Source of the DNA: Candidatus Flemingiibacterium sp.
GTDB lineage: Bacteria > Bacillota > Clostridia > Oscillospirales > CAG-272
Direction of reading: 5' to 3'
NCBI GenBank assembly: GCA_045649205.1
Contig: JAZRPJ010000179.1
Span: 1 to 44,726 of the forward strand
DNA: 44,726 nt
A model generated the notes under the pieces. It saw only the letters and a program-made list of their open reading frames with translations. It made no database searches and was not told where the DNA came from. Below, in pieces: positions 38,392 to 44,726 of the stretch. Position 1 is the first letter of the stretch; the number at the start of each line of letters is the position of its first letter. Position numbers and translations under genes: made by a program.

Positions 38392-38420
38392 TTGACATTT
38401 TTCTAACATTGTGGTATAAT
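38392..38420 (+). promoter_or_regulatory. nnr promoter
   Basis: Perfect TTGACA (38392-38397), 17 nt, TGgTATAAT (-10 at 38415-38420). Confidence 0.6.
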
Positions 38421-38465
38421 CCAATTAGAATGCCATATTTTGCACAACGAAAGGAATCTTTAACT

Positions 38466-39959
38466 ATGATAAAAGTTGTTTCCATCGACAACATAAGAAA
38501 AAGCGATGCCAACACTGCTACAAAATACACGACTCAACGCGAGCTTATGGCTCGTGCCGGAAAGGGTATATTCGAAGCCGTAAAGTGGAAAGCCCCCGTG
38601 GCAATTGTATGCGGCTACGGTAATAACGCAGGCGACGGTTACGTTGTTGCCGAGTATCTGAAAAATGCCAATATTGCCTGCGAGATCTTCCTCGTCACCG
38701 ACGAATTTTCCGAGGACGGACGCTATTTTTACGACCGCTGCGTAAAAGCCGGTGTGAAAATCACTGCAGGAGTTCAGAAAATGAATCTTGACAAATTCAA
38801 TACCGTCCTCGACTGTATCTTTGGTACCGGCTTCAAAGGCGAGGTGGAGGACCCCTACTATACCGCAATTGAAAAAATCAATGCCTGCGACGCTTATGTA
38901 GTCTGCGCTGACATCAACAGCGGACTCGGAGGCGACAGCGGTCTTGGAAAGCACTGCGTGCACTCCGACCTGACCGTTTCCCTCGGTTATTTCAAAAGCG
39001 GGCATTTCCTCAATTCCGCAAAGGATATAATAAAAGATAAAGTCAACTGCGACATCGGTGTTGAGCTTGTTGACGAGCCTTTCTACGTTGTGGAAAAGGA
39101 CGACATCAAGCACATCTTTGAAAAACGCCCCAGCAACTCAAACAAAGGCGATTACGGCTACGTTGTTTTAGTTGGCGGTTCAACCGAATACAGCGGTGCG
39201 GCAAAGCTTGCAAATCTCTCACTTTCCGCTCTCCGTTCGGGTGCAGGCGTTTCAAAGCTTGCCGTTCCGGACAATCTCGTTGATGCAGTCCTTCCCCATA
39301 TGCTGGAATCGACGCTCTTCCCTCTCGATACCATGAACGGCTCTTACTGCTTCTCCGCTGCCACAACGGAAAAGCTTATCCACCGTACCGAGGCTATGTC
39401 CGTGGGAATGGGTATGGGTGCTTCCATGGAGGTACGCCGACTTCTCGAATATCTGCTCTGCGAATACAGCGGCAATCTCATTGTTGATGCTGACGGTCTT
39501 AACGCCCTGGCAAGAATGGACAGACGCAGATTCAAAAATGCGTCCTGCAAGCTGATTCTCACACCGCATCCCAAGGAATTTGAACGTCTTTGCGGCGAAA
39601 AATTCGAAGATTTCCGCGGAGATCTTATCGGATGTGCCAAGGATTATGCAAAAAATACCGGTGCGATCCTGCTTCTCAAGGGGCCCACATCTATTGCCAC
39701 CGATGGCGACACGGTATACCTTATCGACCGCGGCTGTTCGGGAATGGCAACCGCCGGAAGCGGAGATGTTCTCTCCGGAATTCTTTCCGGTATCTGCGGG
39801 TATGTAGAAGACGATGAGCTTCTTCTCGCCGTTGCGGCAGGCGCATATGTTGCCGGTCTGGCAGGCGAGATCGCCAATCGCGATATCCCAGAGGTTTCCA
39901 TGATAGCAAGCGACACTGTGAGAGCAATTCCCGCGGCAATAAAGGAAATCCTTGCATAA
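38466..39959 (+). CDS. nnr: Bifunctional NAD(P)H-hydrate repair enzyme (epimerase / ADP-dependent dehydratase)
   Basis: N-terminal YjeF_N domain (GYGNNAGDG) and C-terminal carbohydrate-kinase-like domain (GSGDVLSG). The ATG at 38466 follows AAAGGAA. The track start at 38334 lies upstream of the promoter. Confidence 0.85.
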   Translation: MIKVVSIDNIRKSDANTATKYTTQRELMARAGKGIFEAVKWKAPVAIVCGYGNNAGDGYVVAEYLKNANIACEIFLVTDEFSEDGRYFYDRCVKAGVKITAGVQKMNLDKFNTVLDCIFGTGFKGEVEDPYYTAIEKINACDAYVVCADINSGLGGDSGLGKHCVHSDLTVSLGYFKSGHFLNSAKDIIKDKVNCDIGVELVDEPFYVVEKDDIKHIFEKRPSNSNKGDYGYVVLVGGSTEYSGAAKLANLSLSALRSGAGVSKLAVPDNLVDAVLPHMLESTLFPLDTMNGSYCFSAATTEKLIHRTEAMSVGMGMGASMEVRRLLEYLLCEYSGNLIVDADGLNALARMDRRRFKNASCKLILTPHPKEFERLCGEKFEDFRGDLIGCAKDYAKNTGAILLLKGPTSIATDGDTVYLIDRGCSGMATAGSGDVLSGILSGICGYVEDDELLLAVAAGAYVAGLAGEIANRDIPEVSMIASDTVRAIPAAIKEILA

Positions 39960-39971
39960 AAGAATACACAA

Positions 39972-40002
39972 AAAGCCCGGCTCATGCCGGGCTTTAATTT
40001 TT
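39972..40002. terminator. Bidirectional terminator shared by nnr (+) and the DtxR-like gene (-)
   Basis: AAAGCCCGGC-tcat-GCCGGGCTTT, flanked by an A-run upstream and TAATTTTT downstream. Confidence 0.65.
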
Positions 40003-40005
40003 CAC

Positions 40006-40371
40006 TTATTTGTTACCGAACCGCTTTTTTATAGCCTCAAATGAAGTGTCGCTGATGTCATGTTCGATCCTGCAGGCATCTTCGGAGGCGATCTTTTCGT
40101 CAACGCCGAGAGATACAAGCATATTCGTAAGGATGGTGTGCCGCTCATATATCTTCTCGGCAAGCTCAAGCCCCAATTCGGTAAGGGACAGCGCACCGTC
40201 GGAGGACATTGTTATGTATCCGCCATTCTTTAAAAGTCCCATCGCCCGGCTGACACTGGGCTTGGAATATCCCATATACTCGCACACATCAATAGAGTGT
40301 ACATTTGTACTTTTCTTTGTAAGCACATATATGGTCTCAAGGTACATCTCTCCCGATTCCTGAAGTCCCAT
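40006..40371 (-). CDS. DtxR/IdeR-type metal-dependent repressor, short form without the SH3-like domain
   Basis: GEMYLETIY and EDACRIEHDIS align by eye with DtxR TEMYLRTIY and EACRWEHV. This gives the DtxR primary-site ligand set Met9/Cys100/Glu103/His104. It has an HTH region and is 121 aa. Strong RBS AAGGAGG. Confidence 0.8.
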   Translation of the reverse strand: MGLQESGEMYLETIYVLTKKSTNVHSIDVCEYMGYSKPSVSRAMGLLKNGGYITMSSDGALSLTELGLELAEKIYERHTILTNMLVSLGVDEKIASEDACRIEHDISDTSFEAIKKRFGNK

Positions 40372-40400
40372 AACAAAACCTCCTTATAAAAATTGCTTCT

Positions 40401-41186
40401 TTATTTTTTCAATTTACCGTTTCTGGAATTTTTCTCATAAATTTTAGAAAGTCCAAAAAATATCAACCTATCATCACGAATGATTTCATGGGTACAGTGG
40501 GGAATTATTTCATCTGCAATAACTCCCGATGCCACAATAGTCGGATGAGTCCCCATTTCACGGTCTATGCGTTCAATCATTCCGTCGACCATAGCAGCAT
40601 TACCGAAAATCGTTCCGCTTTGCATACTTTCGATGGTGTTGGTCCCGATACATTTTTTCGGAGCGCTCCTTGAAATATGCGGAAGAAGCCCGGCACCGTC
40701 GCTCAAAGCGTTAAGCGACAGCTCAACTCCGGGGACAATAGCACATCCCACAAATTCGCCTTCCGAATTTATAACGCAAAACGTAGTAGCAGTTCCGAAC
40801 TCAATAATTACCATAGGTGGCTTATACTTTGTCAAAGCCCCAACAGACAGAGCAACTAAATCTCCGCCAAGCTGCGCGGGGGCATCAATGAGTATATTAA
40901 GTCCTGTTTTAGTTCCGGCACCAAGAATGTGGGGCTTGCAGCCAAGAAGCTGTTCAAGAGCTGCACAAATAGTATCCGTTGCTGACGGAACCACCGATGC
41001 TCCGATGGCACCGTCAAACTCCGCCGGAATAATACCATAAAGCTCTAACACTGTTTTTATCGCACACGCATACTCATCGCGTGTACGCTGCGGTATGTAT
41101 GATATCGCTATAGTGTTAACAAGGCATCCGTCTTTTATACAGCCAAAGGTAATCCCGCTGTTCTCAATGCTAAAAGTAAGAAGCAT
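40401..41186 (-). CDS. coaX: Type III pantothenate kinase
   Basis: The MLLTFSIENSGITFG N-terminus is an analogue of the L.IDIGNT motif. ASKHA-fold GTAT and GTN motifs are present, at about 260 aa. The ATG at 41186 follows AAAGGAA and lies after the upstream stop. Confidence 0.82.
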   Translation of the reverse strand: MLLTFSIENSGITFGCIKDGCLVNTIAISYIPQRTRDEYACAIKTVLELYGIIPAEFDGAIGASVVPSATDTICAALEQLLGCKPHILGAGTKTGLNILIDAPAQLGGDLVALSVGALTKYKPPMVIIEFGTATTFCVINSEGEFVGCAIVPGVELSLNALSDGAGLLPHISRSAPKKCIGTNTIESMQSGTIFGNAAMVDGMIERIDREMGTHPTIVASGVIADEIIPHCTHEIIRDDRLIFFGLSKIYEKNSRNGKLKK

Positions 41187-41199
41187 AGTATATTTCCTT

Positions 41200-41862
41200 T
41201 TATTTAAACTTACTCTTGAGTGCATTATGCAGCCCCATTGCTATAGCACCGCCAACAACCGCTGTTACTACCGCTTCGACAATACCGTTGGTACCGACGA
41301 TAAAGACAATAAGATTTATTAAGCTGTTTATACCAAGCGATGCACCAACCATATTTTCCAAATCGCTGACAATAGTCTGCCACTGTCCGCCAAAAGTAAG
41401 TACAAATGTTGAAACAAAAAATACTGTGTTAAGTAAAGCTCCGGACAATGCAGATGCAAACGAGGCAACCGCTCTTTTCTTATCAACATTTGACAATGCT
41501 TTAGCGATAAAGCCCGGGATTAACCCTGCAAGAACTCTGGTTGGAATACACATCAAAAATGTAAAAAACGGATTAATAGAAAGCAAAATTCCGCCAAATG
41601 CACTGTATCCTCCTATTCCAAAGCATTGGAGAAAGCTCGTAATGCCAAAAACTCCGCCTACTATTGCTCCGGATAATGGTCCGACAGCAACAGATGCAAT
41701 AACTACAGGAATCATCATAAATGTGATTTCCAGCAGCGGTGTTTTCAGATAACCCAAAGGCGTTATCGAAAGAAGAATTACAATTGCCGCCAGCATAGCT
41801 GTTTCAACAAGCCATAGTGTACGTTTGTGTCGTGCGTCGATGATGTTTGTGCGATTATTCAT
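41200..41862 (-). CDS. ECF transporter S component, possibly pantothenate-specific (PanT-like)
   Basis: Six-TM profile with the ...LLEITFMMIPVVIASVAVGP... motif seen in ECF S components. The ATG at 41862 is 5 nt after GGAGGA. Substrate is inferred only from adjacency to coaX. Confidence 0.65.
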   Translation of the reverse strand: MNNRTNIIDARHKRTLWLVETAMLAAIVILLSITPLGYLKTPLLEITFMMIPVVIASVAVGPLSGAIVGGVFGITSFLQCFGIGGYSAFGGILLSINPFFTFLMCIPTRVLAGLIPGFIAKALSNVDKKRAVASFASALSGALLNTVFFVSTFVLTFGGQWQTIVSDLENMVGASLGINSLINLIVFIVGTNGIVEAVVTAVVGGAIAMGLHNALKSKFK

Positions 41863-41938
41863 ATTTTCCTCCTGCTGCTGCTCTCGCTCGGCGAGATACA
41901 ACGCAATGTTATTTCCCGATGAATATCGGGATTGTTAC

Positions 41939-41967
41939 ATTATAGCACACAATCCTCCTTTTGTCAA
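41939..41967 (-). promoter_or_regulatory. Promoter of the ECF-S/coaX/repressor cluster
   Basis: On the minus strand: perfect TTGACA (41967-41962), 17 nt, TATAAT (41944-41939). Confidence 0.6.
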
Positions 41968-42110
41968 TGAAGCCACTGTAAATTTTTCGAACTACCCGTT
42001 CCGCGACAGCTTTCATTAATCAGCCGTTCACAGAATTCTCATTCTGTTTGGAAATTATTAACAATGGTTAAATATTATCATATTTTTTGTCACAAATTGT
42101 ACTAAACCTA

Positions 42111-42139
42111 TTGACATTTATCGACAAACGTAGTATAAT
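42111..42139 (+). promoter_or_regulatory. TM2 gene promoter
   Basis: Perfect TTGACA (42111-42116), 17 nt, TATAAT (42134-42139). A leader of about 100 nt follows. Confidence 0.6.
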
Positions 42140-42247
42140 AATATACAGGGGAGCTGTGTTTCAGCACAGCCAATACTTGATAAATGCAACTTTATCAGGT
42201 ACCTTTGTAAAATGTATTAAAAATTTATTTTTCAGGAGGACTCTATC

Positions 42248-42466
42248 ATGGCAGATCAAATCGTTTCTTCAAAGAATAAGGTCGTAGCTGCACTTCTGTG
42301 CTTCTTCCTTGGCGGTCTTGGTATTCACCGTTTCTACGTAGGTAAAGTAGGCACCGGTATCATTTGGCTTCTCACCGCAGGATGCTTCGGTCTTGGTGCT
42401 CTCATCGACTTCATCATGATTCTCGTTGGCAGCTTCACCGACAAGAGCGGCGCTTTCTTGAAGTAA
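42248..42466 (+). CDS. TM2 domain-containing small membrane protein
   Basis: [18 protein letters not shown]...LIDFI is the TM2 domain signature (two TM helices). RBS AGGAGG lies 8 nt upstream. Confidence 0.82.
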   Translation: MADQIVSSKNKVVAALLCFFLGGLGIHRFYVGKVGTGIIWLLTAGCFGLGALIDFIMILVGSFTDKSGAFLK

Positions 42467-42490
42467 TCTTAAAAACATAAATGATAAAAG

Positions 42491-42528
42491 AGGAGTACAG
42501 GAGGATTTCCCCTTCTGTACTTCCTTTT
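42491..42528 (+). terminator. Intrinsic terminator between the TM2 gene and the patatin gene
   Basis: A stem of about 14 bp (AGGAGTACAGGAGG / CCTTCTGTACTTCCT, with one bulge and one wobble), a 6-nt loop, then TTTT. Confidence 0.6.
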
Positions 42529-42551
42529 GGCTGTAAGTATCAGAGGTATCA

Positions 42552-43403
42552 ATGAATATCGGACTTGTTTTGTCTGGCGGCATGGCGAAAGGAGCTTATC
42601 AGGTGGGGGCTTTGCGTGCCATCTCCAACTTCATCCCACTTGACTCTATAAAGTGCATGAGCTGCGCATCTGTAGGTGTGCTGAACGGTTATGCCTATGC
42701 CGCAAATAAGCTTGATACGCTGACCAAAATGTGGAGAAATATCTGCGGCGACAGTTCAAAGCTTTTTATCAATCAAGTACTCAAAAGTGAACTGCTCCAA
42801 GAAGATATAGCCGATGTTCATTCTGAAGATGACAACCTCTCCATGCATTTTTACTGCGCACTCGTGAACCTCACCCGAAAAAAGCTGACATATAAAAATA
42901 TATCCACTGCTCACAGCTCTGACGTACTTGATTTTCTTAAAGCAAGCGTGGTCCTCCCTCCCTACAACCGTCCTATAAAGATTGGCGCAAGCAGTTATTT
43001 TGACGGGGCAATGGTTGACAACATCCCTGTATTTCCGCTGCTGAAGCACCGCCTTGATTACATTATCTGTATTTATTTTGACGATGTCTGCTACAGCTTT
43101 GAAAACACTTACTTCGATAATAAAATCATCAAGCTTACCTTTCCAAGCGAAAATGTTTTCAGACAGTCCCTTGTCTTCACCCGAGAAGGTATCGACACGA
43201 TGATAAAATCCGGATTTGAGCGGACTACCGACATTTTGAGCTCGATCCTCCATCAAGGCTATGAAGACGTGGAATATATTTACAACGCCATCGAGCGTAG
43301 TAATTTAAACAAGCCGAAATCCACACGTATCACCGCGGATATGCTTGTAACAAATTTAAATTCCGTCACCCAACGATTTGCAAAGAAGCATATTGAGTCT
43401 TAA
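42552..43403 (+). CDS. Patatin-like phospholipase family protein (divergent motifs)
   Basis: The oxyanion motif is LVLSGGMAKG, the nucleophile elbow is CASVG (canonical GxSxG) and the catalytic Asp motif is DGAMVDNIPV. 283 aa. Confidence 0.78.
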   Translation: MNIGLVLSGGMAKGAYQVGALRAISNFIPLDSIKCMSCASVGVLNGYAYAANKLDTLTKMWRNICGDSSKLFINQVLKSELLQEDIADVHSEDDNLSMHFYCALVNLTRKKLTYKNISTAHSSDVLDFLKASVVLPPYNRPIKIGASSYFDGAMVDNIPVFPLLKHRLDYIICIYFDDVCYSFENTYFDNKIIKLTFPSENVFRQSLVFTREGIDTMIKSGFERTTDILSSILHQGYEDVEYIYNAIERSNLNKPKSTRITADMLVTNLNSVTQRFAKKHIES

Positions 43404-43469
43404 TCGCTGTTAACTTATCTTCAAATTCTCAATTCGCAAAAAAATTAACATATATTTTTGCCAAAGCTC

Positions 43470-43498
43470 TTGATTTACGGCTTGATATGGAGTATAAT
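43470..43498 (+). promoter_or_regulatory. fba promoter
   Basis: TTGATT (43470-43475), 17 nt, TATAAT (43493-43498). Confidence 0.5.
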
Positions 43499-43540
43499 GT
43501 TAGTGTATGATTAAATTTTATATATAGGAGCGTTAAAACT

Positions 43541-44500
43541 ATGGCACTTGTAAACACAAAAGAGATGTTCAAAAAAGCATATGAACGCGGCTACGCTATC
43601 GGTGCTTTCAACATTAACAACATGGAAATCGTTCAGGCGATCACCGAGGCTGCAGGCGAAGCAAAATCTCCTGTTATCCTTCAGGTTTCCGCCGGCGCAA
43701 GAAAGTACGCAAAGCAGGAATACCTTATGGCTCTTGCAAATGCAGCTGTTAAGGATGCAGGTATTGACCTTGCACTCCACCTTGACCACGGTGCAGATTT
43801 TGAAATCTGCAAAGCCTGCATCGACGGCGGCTTCACTTCCGTTATGATCGACGGCTCTCACCATTCTTTCGAGGACAACATCGCCCTTACCAGAAAGGTC
43901 GTTGACTATGCTCACGAACGCGGCGTTGTTGTAGAGGGCGAGCTTGGTGTGCTTGCCGGCATCGAAGACGAAGTAGTTGCAGAAAAGTCTTCTTACACTC
44001 GTCCTGAAGAGGTTGAGGAATTCGTATCCAAGACCGGTGTAGACTCCCTTGCAATCTCTATCGGCACATCCCACGGCGCATACAAGTTCACTCCCGCACA
44101 GTGCACCAGAAACGCCGACGGAATCCTCGTTCCCCCTCCGCTCCGTTTCGATATCCTCGAAGAGATCGCAAAGAGAATCCCCGGATTCCCGATCGTTCTC
44201 CACGGTGCTTCTTCCGTTCCCCAGGAATGTGTTAAGGAAATCAACGCTACCGGCGGTAAGCTTCCGGATGCTGTAGGTATTCCCGAAGAACAGCTTCGCC
44301 GTGCAGCAACCCTCGCTGTCTGCAAGATCAACATCGACTCCGATATCCGTCTTGCGATGACCGCAGGTATCCGCAGAGTTCTTGCAGCTCAGCCCGAAGT
44401 CTTCGACCCCAGAGGTTACCTCACTGTAGCCCGTGAAGAGGTTAAGAAGATGGTTATGCACAAGATCTGCGACGTTCTCGGATCTGCAAACACCCTTTAA
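43541..44500 (+). CDS. fba: Class II fructose-1,6-bisphosphate aldolase
   Basis: AIGAFNINNME, LHLDHG, SVMIDGS and GTSHGAYKF motifs. Confidence 0.93.
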   Translation: MALVNTKEMFKKAYERGYAIGAFNINNMEIVQAITEAAGEAKSPVILQVSAGARKYAKQEYLMALANAAVKDAGIDLALHLDHGADFEICKACIDGGFTSVMIDGSHHSFEDNIALTRKVVDYAHERGVVVEGELGVLAGIEDEVVAEKSSYTRPEEVEEFVSKTGVDSLAISIGTSHGAYKFTPAQCTRNADGILVPPPLRFDILEEIAKRIPGFPIVLHGASSVPQECVKEINATGGKLPDAVGIPEEQLRRAATLAVCKINIDSDIRLAMTAGIRRVLAAQPEVFDPRGYLTVAREEVKKMVMHKICDVLGSANTL

Positions 44501-44517
44501 TCTTAAGATAAAATTTT

Positions 44518-44548
44518 GAGGCAGCTTTAAAAAGCTGCCTCATTTTTT
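44518..44548. terminator. Shared terminator between convergent fba and ABC transporter genes
   Basis: GAGGCAGCT-ttaaaa-AGCTGCCTC followed by ATTTTTT. It overlaps the ABC gene stop codon (44547-44549). Confidence 0.6.
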
Positions 44549-44726
44549 ATTTCCCGGATATTGATTCTTTCGCACGCTGCATGGAATAAAGCACGTAGTA
44601 TCGCCCGCGCTTTTCAAGCAGTGTGAAATGATTTCCCTGCTCCTTTATCTCTCCGTGGGACAGCACGATAATATTGTCTGCGTGCTGAATCGTGGAGAGT
44701 CTGTGTGCAACGATAAGCATAGTTCC
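44547..44726 (-). CDS. ABC exporter ATP-binding domain, C-terminal 59 aa only (5' end outside window)
   Basis: Absent from the ORF track. My minus-strand translation is GTMLIVAHRLSTIQHADNIIVLSHGEIKEQGNHFTLLEKRGRYYVLYSMQRAKESISGK*. The IVAHRLST H-loop region is typical of MsbA-like exporters. Confidence 0.7.
   Translation of the reverse strand, partial: GTMLIVAHRLSTIQHADNIIVLSHGEIKEQGNHFTLLEKRGRYYVLYSMQRAKESISGK

Noticed and set aside
42058-42071. TTAACAATGGTTAA imperfect palindrome between the divergent panT-like and TM2 promoters, considered as a DtxR operator.
   Set aside because: It has only 5-bp arms and two mismatches against a perfect palindrome. It bears no real resemblance to the 19-bp DtxR/IdeR consensus and lies about 40 nt upstream of either -35.
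43511-44461. 316-aa minus-strand ORF antisense to fba.
   Set aside because: The reasoning is the same as for the pgk antisense ORF. fba motifs are clear on the plus strand, and the antisense product has no recognisable features or translation signals.
1-44726. Mobile elements, prophage genes, CRISPR arrays, tRNA/rRNA genes, toxin-antitoxin pairs and restriction-modification or other known defence genes.
   Set aside because: Nothing of the kind was seen. Every gap of 50 nt or more was read on both strands and contains only promoters, terminators or the hairpin elements reported above. No transposase, integrase or recombinase-like ORF and no direct-repeat array was noticed. This visual search cannot exclude short or degenerate repeats.

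Overview
This 44.7 kb window is a densely coding (about 93%), mostly minus-strand stretch of core chromosome from a Firmicutes/Clostridia-type organism. That placement is an inference from GGAGG-type ribosome binding sites, TTGACA-17-TATAAT promoters and Bacillus-like gene order. I support 43 CDSs, two of them truncated at the window edges. They include queH; a five-gene operon (1016-aa surface protein, nrdG, PurM-like protein, ribokinase, ruvX); metA; and a 14-gene 'ylo'-type cluster (yicC-remA-gmk-rpoZ-priA-def-fmt-Zn peptidase-rsmB-rlmN-stp-prkC-rsgA-thiN). They also include two aldose-epimerase-fold genes; gdpP-rplI-dnaB-tilS-hpt-ftsH; U32 peptidase-uppP followed by pgk-tpiA; nnr; panT-like/coaX/IdeR-like repressor; TM2 protein; patatin-like lipase; fba; and the end of an ABC exporter gene. 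I saw no rRNA, tRNA, CRISPR array, transposase, integrase or long repeat. I did not find a convincing novel multi-gene system, and the window reads as housekeeping. The items most worth a second look are: a hairpin-dense 221-nt hpt-ftsH leader with a terminator-like stem-loop; a strongly promoted TM2 gene separated by a terminator from a motif-divergent patatin gene; the unknown-function surface protein abutting an orphan nrdG; a GC-rich structured pgk-tpiA spacer; and an iron-type DtxR-like repressor apparently co-transcribed with CoA-salvage genes. All function calls rest on motif recognition by eye. No database search was run.
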